From Octopus vulgaris (taxonomy: Eukaryota): a stretch of 64,000 nt of DNA. A model generated the notes under the pieces. That model did not search any database. It was given only the letters and a program-made list of their open reading frames with translations, and was not told the DNA's origin. The stretch covers positions 64,108,001-64,172,000 of the forward strand of contig OX597823.1 of assembly GCA_951406725.2 (NCBI GenBank). Direction: 5' to 3'. Positions 41,612 through 51,549 of the stretch are shown here, piece after piece; the first letter of the stretch is position 1; each line of letters starts with the position of its first letter. The translations under genes and the position numbers were made by a program.

Positions 41612-42085
41612 TTGTTAATACATGACAAAGGCTGAAAAATAGCTGTCATCCTATGGATAACAAATGGTTAAATAAATGTATCTACTTATCACATCTCTTG
41701 ACTTTTGATACATGTACTAGCTGGTCCCATACCATCAAAAACGATAGCAAATTGTAGTATTTTATATATAAATAAGGTACAAAACCAAGTTTTTAGTTTA
41801 ATAATTCTTTTATTACCAAATTTTTTGTGAAAAATCACTCTGCAACTAACATCTTTTGACTGCTTGTTTCCTTCAAAAGTATTTTTAAGTTTTCCTTTCT
41901 TCTTGTATGACTTAAGGCCACATAAAGCTGGCCATTACTAAATATGGGATAGAATATGGATTGTAAATCAAATTAATACACTTGTCAATGTTAACTAGTG
42001 GCTGTCTTTTGAAATGTGAGATCAATCATGGTTTGTTACTGAAAGAACTCTAGTTCACACATACAAACATTCATACTCTTCCCTT

Positions 42086-42118
<33 letters not shown>

Positions 42119-43158
42119 ATACACATATACTCACACAGAATTGAAATACTGTTTTGTTTTCCCTTCTCTCAGCTAATGTTGAAGATTTAAATCATTTTTT
42201 TATGCACGTGTGGCTGTGTGGTAAGAAACTTGCTTCTCAACCAGGTCCAGTCCTACTGCATGACACCCTGGGAAAGTGTCTTCTACTACAGCCTCAGGCC
42301 ATCCTGAGCCTTGTGAATGAATTTGGTAGATGGAAACTGAAATAAGCCCATCATAAATGTGTGTGTGTGTCTTTGCATCAGTGTTCATCTGCCATCATTA
42401 CTTGACAACTGGTGTTGGTTTGTTTATGTCCCCATAATGTAGTAGCTTTACAAAGTGACTGATAGAACAAGTACCAGGTTTAAGGAAAAAGAAATAAAAT
42501 AAATACTGGAGGTTGATTCATTGGACTAAACATTTTTCAAGGTGGTGCCCCAGCTTGGCCACAATCTAACGACTGAAAGAAGTGACCGATAAAAGATAAT
42601 TCACTTATGCCTTTGAGATTTAAACTTGTTTTTCGCATTTTCGATGACTGGCATCCGTGCCACTGGAGCACTAAGAGCACCATCCGAGCATGATCATTGC
42701 CAGAGCAGCTGAAAGGTTTCTGTGCCGGTGGTATGTAAAAAGCACCATTCAAACATGGTTATTACCAGCGTCGCCTTACTGGCACTTGTGCTGGCGGCAT
42801 GTGAAAAACATTCAAGCGAGGTCATTGCCAGTGCCACTGGACTGGCTCCTGTGCAGGTGGCATGTAAAAAACACTACTTGAGCGTGGCCGTTGACAGTAC
42901 CGCCTGACTGGTCCTTGTGCCGGTGGCATGTAAAAGCACCCAATACACTCTCGGAGTGGTTGGCGTTAGGAAGGGCATCCAGCTGTAGAAACTCTGCCAG
43001 ATCAGATTGGAGCCTGGTGCAGCTGTCTGTTTCACCAGTCCTCAGTCAAACCCATGCTAGCATGGAAAGCGGACATTAAACAATGATGATGATTTTATGC
43101 TTGCATCTCTTTTACAAGAAATCATATATTCTGTTCTTTCTCTCTTTGTTCCTTACAG

Positions 43159-43273
43159 AGAAGTTCCAGTAGAAGTTAGATGGTCTGCTACTGAACCTTT
43201 TGAAGTACAATGTTCTGAAGATATATTGGCGCCTGAGCAGTCACATGAAGTCACTATCATATTTAAACCAAAG
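43159..43273 (+). CDS. CFAP65: Internal exon 2 of CFAP65-like gene: (G)EVPVEVRWSATEPFEVQCSEDILAPEQSHEVTIIFKPK
   Basis: Acceptor tctctttgttccttacAG and donor AAG|gtaact. 115 nt; the first base completes GG+A = Gly from exon 1. The W..PF...L.P...I.F.P pattern matches CFAP65 (DLPTFFTWEFSSPFQ...LEPGQ...VTFQP) from memory. Confidence 0.85.
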
Positions 43274-43381
43274 GTAACTGGCAATGGATTTTTATTTAAT
43301 ATGATATATTTAAAATAGTACTTTATGTTCAGTTTTTGGATTTGGTTTGCAAGATTCTTTATATGAGTTCGTTGAAGCATA

Positions 43382-43660
43382 TTCTGTTGTGTCTGGGGAG
43401 AGTCATTTTCTTTTTGTACTTTATAAGGTAACACACTCACCAGTAAAATTTCCACTTTTTTCTTTATTTTTATTTTTTTTAAACTTTTGTTGCATCTTGC
43501 AACTTTTTCAATAGTTTTGACTCAAAACTATTGAAAGGTTGAAAGATGCAACAAAAATTTTAGGAAAATAAAAATAAGAGAAATAAGTAGAGATTTTACC
43601 GGTGAGTGTGTTATATGATAAGGCACAAAAAGAAAATGACTCTCTCCAGACACTACAGAA
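43382..43660. repeat. Imperfect fold-back (about 139-bp arms, centre 43521); related sequence at about 27165-27360
   Basis: ttctgttgtgtctggggagagtcattttc...tagttttga c tcaaaacta...gaaaatgactctctccagacactacagaa. Confidence 0.85.
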
Positions 43661-44031
43661 CTTTATGTTTAGCTTCTCCGCTTAGTACCTTGGGCAAATG
43701 TGTTCTGCAGCTTTCACTTTTGCCAAACACACTGACTTATGTGCCATGTATTCCTTTTCATAAAACTGTGTAACATGATTTTTGTCCTTGGGCAGCAACT
43801 CTCTCTTTTACTCTCTTTTATTTGTTTCAGTCATTTGACTGCGGCCATGCTGGAGCACCGCCTTTAGTCGATCAAATCGACCCCGGGACTTATTCTTTGT
43901 AAGCCCAGTACTTATTCTATCGGTCTCTTTTGCCGAACCGCTAAGTGACGGGGACGTAAACACACCAGCATCGGTTGTCAAGCAATGCTAGAAAGACAAA
44001 CACAGACAAACATATACACACACATACATAC

Positions 44032-44062
<31 letters not shown>

Positions 44063-45509
44063 CATATATACGACAGGCTTCTTTCAGTTTCCGTCTACCA
44101 AATCCACTCAAAAGGCTTTGGTCGGCCCGAGGCTATAGCAGAACACACTTGTCCAAGATGCCACGCAGTGGGACTGAACCCGGAACCATTTGGTTGGTTA
44201 GCAAGCTACTTACCACACAGCCACATGTGTGCCTGTTATTTCCCATTTGCTTGCCCCTAGAAAAAAAAAAAAATGGTTAATATTTCCTTCAAACTTTGCT
44301 TTTGTTACATTTATTCAAACCCCAGAGAATCCCTCTCAACACATGGCAATAACACTCCCCCACTACTCCTGCTCATGATCAGAGATGCACACACTGTCAG
44401 ACACTAAAGGACATGTTCAAGTGGTTACAGTCAAGCAACTGACAAGCAAATCTGTGGTATTGAGCAGAATATTTGCTATAACGATATTTCTGCTTCAGCA
44501 ACTCAGCACTGAATCTGTCTGAAATGTAATGGAAAATAGGTCAGTTTGAAAACATTGATGTCTGGGTGATTAAACATTAGAACTTGGAAGTCCAGATCAT
44601 AAAACAAAGTTTGAAGGGAATAGTAATCATATTTCTTAATTTCTAGATAGACGCAAAATAGGAAATAACACTTAACTACTAAAGACAAAAAAAAAATCAG
44701 ATTTTGTTACATAGTGTAATTAACGTGCAAAGTTCATTACGAGTCATGGTAGCATTATCTTCAAATTTTTTCCTTCTATACTCTCTCTCTTACTCTCTTT
44801 TTTACTTGTTTCAGTCATCTGACTGTGGCCATGCTGGAGCACCACCTTTTTAGTCGAGCAAATCGACCCCAGGGCTTATTCTTTGTAAACCTAGTACTTA
44901 TTCTATTGGTCTCTTTTGCCGAACCGTTAAGTTACGGGGACGTAAACACACCAGCATCGGTTGTCAAGCAATGTTGGGGGGATAAACACAGTCACACAAA
45001 CATATATACACACACACATACACACACGTGCACACACACACACACACACACATATATATACACACACACACACACACACATATATACGACAGGCTTCTTT
45101 CATATCCGTCTACCAAATCCACTCACAAGGCTTTGGTCGGCCTGAGGTTATAGAAGAAGACACTTGACCAAGGTGCCTTGCAGTGAGACTGAACCCGGAA
45201 CCATGTGGTTCATAAGCAATCTACTTACCACACAGCCACTCCTACACCTATGATTTCTTTAGAAGTTCATGCTTCATTCTCTCTTTTGTCACTTTCCCAA
45301 ATGATGACTTGACTGTCTGTTAGATAATTCACAGTGTCACACAGAGTGCTCAATGACAATCTGCATCCATATTCCTGCTATTTTGTCAGTAAGTTGGATA
45401 AGGACATGATAGAGTCACTTGATGGTCACATATTGCTTCCAGCTACCAATTGAGTTCTTTCAAATATTCAGACATGAAGTTGCATTTGGATTCATTGCTT
45501 ACATTTCAG

Positions 45510-45594
45510 GCTGCAAGAAAATATGAAGGCGAACTTGTGTGCAGATACGGAACTGAACTGAAGAAATGGAAGATTTTAAAAGCAGCTGCTCAAG
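45510..45594 (+). CDS. CFAP65: Internal exon 3 of CFAP65-like gene: AARKYEGELVCRYGTELKKWKILKAAAQ(G)
   Basis: Acceptor ttacatttcAG and donor CAAG|gtaagt. 85 nt, phase 0 to phase 1. YE....C.YG matches CFAP65 YEVQATCWYG. Confidence 0.85.
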
Positions 45595-45856
45595 GTAAGT
45601 ACATATGGTTGCTTGTTATTCTTTATCTATCTATTTATCTATCTGGCTCTCTGTCTGTAATCTACTGTCACACATGGAAAAAGACAGCCCTGTCTATATG
45701 TACGTGTTTATGTGTGCAGGTGTGCATGATAGTGTGTATGTGCATGTGTGTGTATGTGTGTGCACATGTGTATGCATGTGTGTGTGAACATATATGTGTA
45801 TTATATTTATTGATATATACATATTATATGTCTATATGTAGTCTTGTGTATATATA

Positions 45857-46290
45857 GATAATATGGACGCCGCTCGAGCTTGAAAATTAAACCGTTATAA
45901 AAACCTCCTCGAGGAATGTGAAGACGCAGGCTGGAAAGCGGAACATTTTCCTATCGAAGTCGGATGTAGAGGGTTTGTAGGACACAGCGTGAGACGACTG
46001 TTGTTATTGTTAGGCCTAACTCATCGTAAAGTCAATACCACCATGACTGATATCCAATCTACAGTGGAGAAGGCTAGCCACTGGATTTGGTTAAAAAGAG
46101 ACGATGAGCGATGGCTAGAAGTATATTGAGTTCTTCATAACCAGCTGATCTAGCAAGCGGAGCCTCATATCAGTGAGGGGGGCCGATGCGCATTGATGCC
46201 GTCGAGAGGTAGGCCCCGAAACGGCGCGCATTCTCTCCTGATGACCCCATACACTTGCTAGCTTCCGATATACGGAGCTTTTAACTGGTA
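45857..46290 (+). mobile_element. 5'-truncated Hero-like RLE non-LTR retrotransposon (C-terminus 45857-46129 plus structured 3' UTR)
   Basis: DNMDAARA*KLNRYKNLLEECEDAGWKAEHFPIEVGCRGFVGHSVRRLLLLLG...VEKASHWIWLKRDDERW. PIEVGCRGF and ASHWIWLKR are typical of Hero-clade RLE ends. CpG-rich, suggesting a young insertion; one in-frame stop. Confidence 0.85.
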
Positions 46291-46633
46291 GCACTTGCAT
46301 GTGCAAGTTGTTTGCAAGACATGTGTGCATTTGCTATGTCTGTGTGTTCACTTACATTTGTATCGACGAAAGCCGTTTGCTTGAAGTGGTGTTGCTGCTG
46401 TAACTTCTGCCAATAACTAATTCACTTACTTTGTGGTTTTAAAGATATGTGAAATAAGTGATCTTTATTAAAAAAAACCCAAATAAACAAAAAACAAGAA
46501 CAAAACAAAATAAACAAAAAGGAAAGGTTAGTGACGGTAAGAGTACCCAGCCTTAAATCAATGCCTCTTTAATTTAAATGTCATATCCATGCTATCAAGG
46601 AAAGAAACACACGCACACATAAAAATAACAATC

Positions 46634-46705
<72 letters not shown>

Positions 46706-46880
46706 GTCTATCTATCAGTCTGTCTGTCTATCTATCTGTCTATCTATCAGTCTGTCTGTCTGTCTGTCTGTCTGCCTCTCTGTCACTGCCTGTCTGTGTC
46801 TGTCTCTGTCTGTGTCTGTCTCTGTCTGTCTGTGTCTGTGTCTGTGTCTGTCTCTGTCTGTCTGTCTATCTCACTCTCTT

Positions 46881-46950
<70 letters not shown>

Positions 46951-46952
<2 letters not shown>

Positions 46953-47115
46953 CGCAGGAGTGACTGTGTGGTAAGTAGCTTGTTTACCAACCACATGGTT
47001 TCGGGTTCAGTCCCACTGCGTGGCACCTTGGGAAAGTGTCTTCTACTATAGTCTCGGGCCGACCAAAGCCTTGTGAGTGGATTTGGTAGACAGAAACTGA
47101 AAGAAGCCCGTCGTA

Positions 47116-47152
<37 letters not shown>

Positions 47153-47380
47153 GTGTGTGTGTTTGTGTGTCTGTGTTTGTCCCCCTAGCATTGCTTGACA
47201 ACTGATGCTGGTGTGTTTATGTTCCCGTTACCTAGCGGTTCGGCAAAAGAGACCGATAGAATAAGTACTGGGCTTACAAAAAGAATAAGTCTCGGGGGTC
47301 GATTTGCTCGATTAAAAGGCGGTGCTCCAGCATGGCCGCGGTCAGATGATGATTGAAACAAGTAAAAGAGAGTAAAGAGT
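46951..47380 (+). mobile_element. Full-length tRNA-derived SINE, family A (ggcgcaggagtggctgtgtggtaagtagc...gactgaaacaagtaaaagag)
   Basis: A/B-box head, internal (TA/TG)n and gtaaaagag tail. Other copies: 15311-15713(+), 17054-17456(+), 20211-20598(+), 20734-21153(+), 24984-25380(-), 27644-28044(+), 39790-40198(-), 42207-42597(+), 43799-44224(-), 44782-45250(-), 47928-48355(-), 62669-63030(-), plus degenerate ones. Confidence 0.88.
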
Positions 47381-47406
47381 ATATACACATATATAATCAT
47401 ATGAAT

Positions 47407-47650
47407 AATAACAGATGATGAATAATTGTCAGCTTATTACAGCTGTTTTTGTTATGCATTTTTTAAAACAGAAGAATGAGAACGTTACTTCATTACAAAA
47501 AAAACAACAACATAATCACCAGAAGAAACGTAATTTTACAAGCAAAAAAATGATTACGGCTTTTTGTAATGAAGTAATGACCTCATTCTTCTATCAAAAA
47601 TTCATAAGAACCAGCTGTAATGAGCTGACAATTATACATCGTCTGTTATT
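47407..47650. mobile_element. MITE-like fold-back with about 100-bp imperfect inverted arms
   Basis: aataacagatgatgaataattgtcagcttattacagctg... and ...cagctgtaatgagctgacaattatacatcgtctgttatt. Confidence 0.7.
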
Positions 47651-48158
47651 TATCATTCATTTGATTATAAAACACCAAGGGGATTTCCGTCTTGTTGGAC
47701 ACCCTAAACTATACAAACAATGTACAATTCATTGTAAAGTGTGCCTTGGACCAACTCCTAGGTGCTAAATACTCATAGGGTTGGTTTTCTCTGAGTACAC
47801 AAATGGAATATTCTATTTGATACTTACCAACTATAGGCCAGAACCACAGGTTTATCCCACCATGCCTGATACATGTCTTTTCAAAGTACCTGATTCTGTC
47901 TGGATCCATATTTTACTATATATATAGTCTTTCACTCTTTTAATTGTTTCAGTCATTTGACTGTGGCCATGCTGGAGCACCGCCTCTAGTCAAGCAAATC
48001 GACCCCAAGACTTATTCTTTGTAAACCTAGTACTTATTCTATCGGTCTCTTTTGGCAAACTGCTAAGTTACGGGGATGTAAACACACCAGCATTGGTTGT
48101 CAAGTGATGTTTGAGGGGACAAACACAGACAAACACAGACAAACAAATACACACGCAC

Positions 48159-48191
<33 letters not shown>

Positions 48192-49463
48192 CGACGGGCT
48201 TCTTTCAGTTTCCGTCTACCAAATCCACTCACAAGGCTTTGGTTGGTCCGAGGCTATAGTAGAAGACACTTGCCCAAGGTGCCATGCAGTGGGACTGAAC
48301 CCAGAACTATGTGGTTCGTAAACAAGCTACATACCACATAGTCACTCTTACACCATAGATGACATCTGAAAATAATACACAAGGACGGGGCCTGGAATGC
48401 TTTGGCTTATATGTCTGTTCAGTCAGCATTGATCATGGAATTTAACAAGAAGCAAATGATTTTGAAAGTGCCAATGGTTTATCCTTAATGCTGTTGCCTA
48501 GTCTGCTAGATATAGAAAACAAGCTATTTACCACACAGCCACTCCTGCACCTATATGTTTACCGTTTGCGATTTTTTTCCTCCGTCTTCCCTTCTCTGGA
48601 TCTTTCCTTTTCCTATGTTTCTGACGAAGAGCTCCACTTGAAATGTAAAACCCTCCTTCTTCCCTTCCTTCCTGAGCGTCCAATAATACTATATTTGTTC
48701 CACGTGCACACGTTGTTGTGTTTTCTCTTGGTGTTTTCATGTTTGGATTAACTATATATACATATATATATCTACACACACACATAACATGCAGCAAGAT
48801 ATGTATATGTCCATATACACACACAAAGCACATACAAATAGCAAATAGCAAAAAAAGAAACATAAGTATATAAGTTAATATTATTAGGTTGACAAGGTGA
48901 TGAGCTGGCAGAATTGTTAGCAGATTGGGTGAAAAGCTTAGCAGCATTTTATCCGTCTTTACATTCTGAGTTCAAATATCCACCAAGGTTGACTTTGCCT
49001 TTTTATCCTTTTGGGTCAATAAAATAAGTACCAGTTGGATACTAGGGTTGACGTATTCAACTTACCCCTCCCCTAAAATTGCTGGCCTTGTGCCAAAATT
49101 CGAAGCCACTATTATCAGGTTGCCACTCAAGCAAGGAATAAAAGTACACATGCCTGTTTGATATAAAAGTACCCAGTTTCCTTCATAAGTATGGATGATA
49201 TGCAAGCATGCAGAAACATGTTCTACAGTTGGATGACATGCTTCTGCACCTGAGTTAAGGTGTTAAAAGAGCAAACAAACGTTGTCTTTAAAAGGAATAT
49301 CTTCTCTGAAAACTTAGCCATTGCAAATGTCTTTCTGCATTTGAATGTGTACATACTGGCACTCCATCCGATATGGGTTCCGGTTGATCTGATCAATGGA
49401 ACAGCCTGCTTCTGAAATTAATGTGTAAATGGCTAAGCACTCTACAGACATGCACACCCTTAG

Positions 49464-49725
49464 CCCTTTAGTGTTCAAACCGGCCGTAACCGGCCAAAAT
49501 TAATTCCCCTTGATTTGTTCAAACCGGCCAAATCTGGCCATATCCGACCGCTCTACGAAATCGCTAAAAAAATAAACAAATCACGTTATTAAATTCTTGT
49601 AGCTTTGAGATAATGTGAGATGAAGGCCTTTCCCGCCTTTATTCAAGTATAAATACTGTGAAATTGTTTAGACCACATGGTTATTTCCACGTTTGAAGAG
49701 AAGTGTATACGTTTGTTGTGAAAGA
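49464..49725 (+). mobile_element. piggyBac-type MITE end inserted at the TTAA site of a family-D SINE
   Basis: The SINE sequence acccttaacgtagttctc (intact at about 32088-32106) is interrupted by ccctttagtgttcaaaccggcc.... Only one terminus is recognisable. Confidence 0.5.
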
Positions 49726-50621
49726 AATGTAGTTCTCAGGAAAATTCAGTGTGACATGCAATGTGACAAGGCTGGTTCTTTGAATTACAGGTGCTACTCA
49801 TTTTTGCCAGCTGAGTGGACTGGAGCAACATGAAATAAAGTATCATGTTCAAGTACACAGTGCAACACCGGGGATTGAACTCATGACCTTATGACCGTCA
49901 GCTGAATACTGTAACCACAAAGCCACATGCCTTCACATGCATGTTAAATATAAAAGTACACAGTTCCCTTCATAGATATAGATATACACACATACATGCA
50001 CTGACATATATAATATATATGCATACATGTATTTCTGTAAGAGTGTGTGTATTCATATATATATATTTCTTTATTGCTCACAGGGGGCTAAACATTAGAG
50101 GGGACAAACAAGGACAGATATTGACCCCAGTGCATTACTGGTTCTTATTTAATTGACCCTGAAAGGATGACAGGCAAAGTCGACTTCTGCAGAATTTGTT
50201 ACTCAGAGTAGGCAGTTGGTGACCTTTACATAGCAAAACACACAAAAAAAATATAAGTGAAATACAGACATGCAACTGAGTTGAAGGCAGATTTACTACT
50301 GCCTTTATAGCACAAAGAAAACAATGTTGTAGGAGTGTACACAGCTTGTGTACTACAGCATTACTATGTGTGGCTTAAATACTGAGATTGAAAGGCAGGG
50401 GCAAATTATGTTTACCTAATCTACAGAAAAACAAAAAAAAAAATGCATTTTTTGCATAGTAATCAGAGTAACCTTCATAATTTTATTGAATTAGGTGTAT
50501 ATTTTGCCATGAAATGAAAATGTTGCTATCGATCTATTTTATTCAAGGTAGGCACTGCTTACCTTGCCTACCTAGGCAGCATGTCCCTGAAATGTATATA
50601 TGTTTTCTTTCATTGTCAAAG

Positions 50622-50770
50622 GAAAATACCCTCACTTGAAGATATCTGCTGCTGGTTTGGGATTAGATTATGAAGAATCTCCAGAAGGAACACAGACAAA
50701 CATTGATTTTGGAGTCATTCCCATTGGACAAACAGTGAAGAAACATATCACAGTAGAAAATCTGTCACAT
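50622..50770 (+). CDS. CFAP65: Internal exon 4 of CFAP65-like gene: (G)KYPHLKISAAGLGLDYEESPEGTQTNIDFGVIPIGQTVKKHITVENLSH
   Basis: Acceptor ttttctttcattgtcaaAG (AAG type) and donor CAT|gtaagt. 149 nt; G+GA = Gly completes the phase. EG.Q....FG.V.VG....I...N matches the start of the CFAP65 Ig-like/ASH repeat. Confidence 0.85.
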
Positions 50771-51254
50771 GTAAGTAAAGGCAATGAAATATTAAACGAT
50801 AAACATCTAATTTCTGATTGACACATAGTTTTGTGTAAAGGTTTTCAGCTGATTGATTATATAAGAATCACCAGTTCATATCATGCCTATATTGTCTTCA
50901 GATTTTGGCATAAGGTCAGCAATTTCAGGCGAAGGGATAAGTTGATTAAGAGCTGAAAATTCCTGGCTCTAAGGGTATTGCAAAAGGCCTGGTTGGAGGC
51001 CTAACCTTCCAAGTTCTACAGGGAGCATGCCCTTGCTTACCCCCAACCTCAGTTTTTAGACATGAGCGGTCCTGAGACCAAGGCCCCTACCACGATTTTT
51101 AAGAAATGTGGTGGTAAACTAGCTCAGGAAGGCAGAGACACTACTCCCTAAGACCCCTTTTGGAGTTCCCTACCTAATTTTATTTTGCCCCCCCGCCCCC
51201 GTATCTTATTTTGCCCAAGGCAATAACATTAATATACATTTTTAACAAAGACAT

Positions 51255-51428
51255 CTTTAAATGACGGTCTGACCGACCGTCTGCCAAGTAAATGGGAGGC
51301 AGTAATTGAAGTAGGTGGTGAATATGCTCCGGAATAATCATTTAAAGATGCTTTTGATACATGTTGTTATTGTTTTTGTTGAATAAAATTTGTTGAAAAA
51401 AGCTGTAATAATTATGCACCAACCCAAC
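51255..51428 (+). mobile_element. mariner 3' end remnant with TIR
   Basis: DRLPSKWEAVIEVGGEY followed by ...taataattatgcaccaacccaa (reverse of a TTGGGTTGGTGCATAATTATT mariner TIR). Confidence 0.65.
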
Positions 51429-51460
51429 ATATATATGTGTGCATGTTTGTGTACATATAC

Positions 51461-51549
<89 letters not shown>

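Larger units (their letters stand above)
39757..42624. repeat. Inverted duplication of about 500 bp (39757-40254 vs 42151-42624) comprising a family-A SINE plus its unique flanks
   Basis: Non-SINE flanks match in reverse complement (tttaaatctcaaaggcataagtgaattatc; cattagctgagagaagg). Both SINE copies share an internal deletion in the head. Confidence 0.9.

Noticed and set aside
42645-42945. Regularly spaced ggcatgtaaaaagcacc motifs resembling a CRISPR array
   Set aside because: The spacers are mutually similar, the array is internal to a family-C retroposon, the context is eukaryotic and there are no cas genes.
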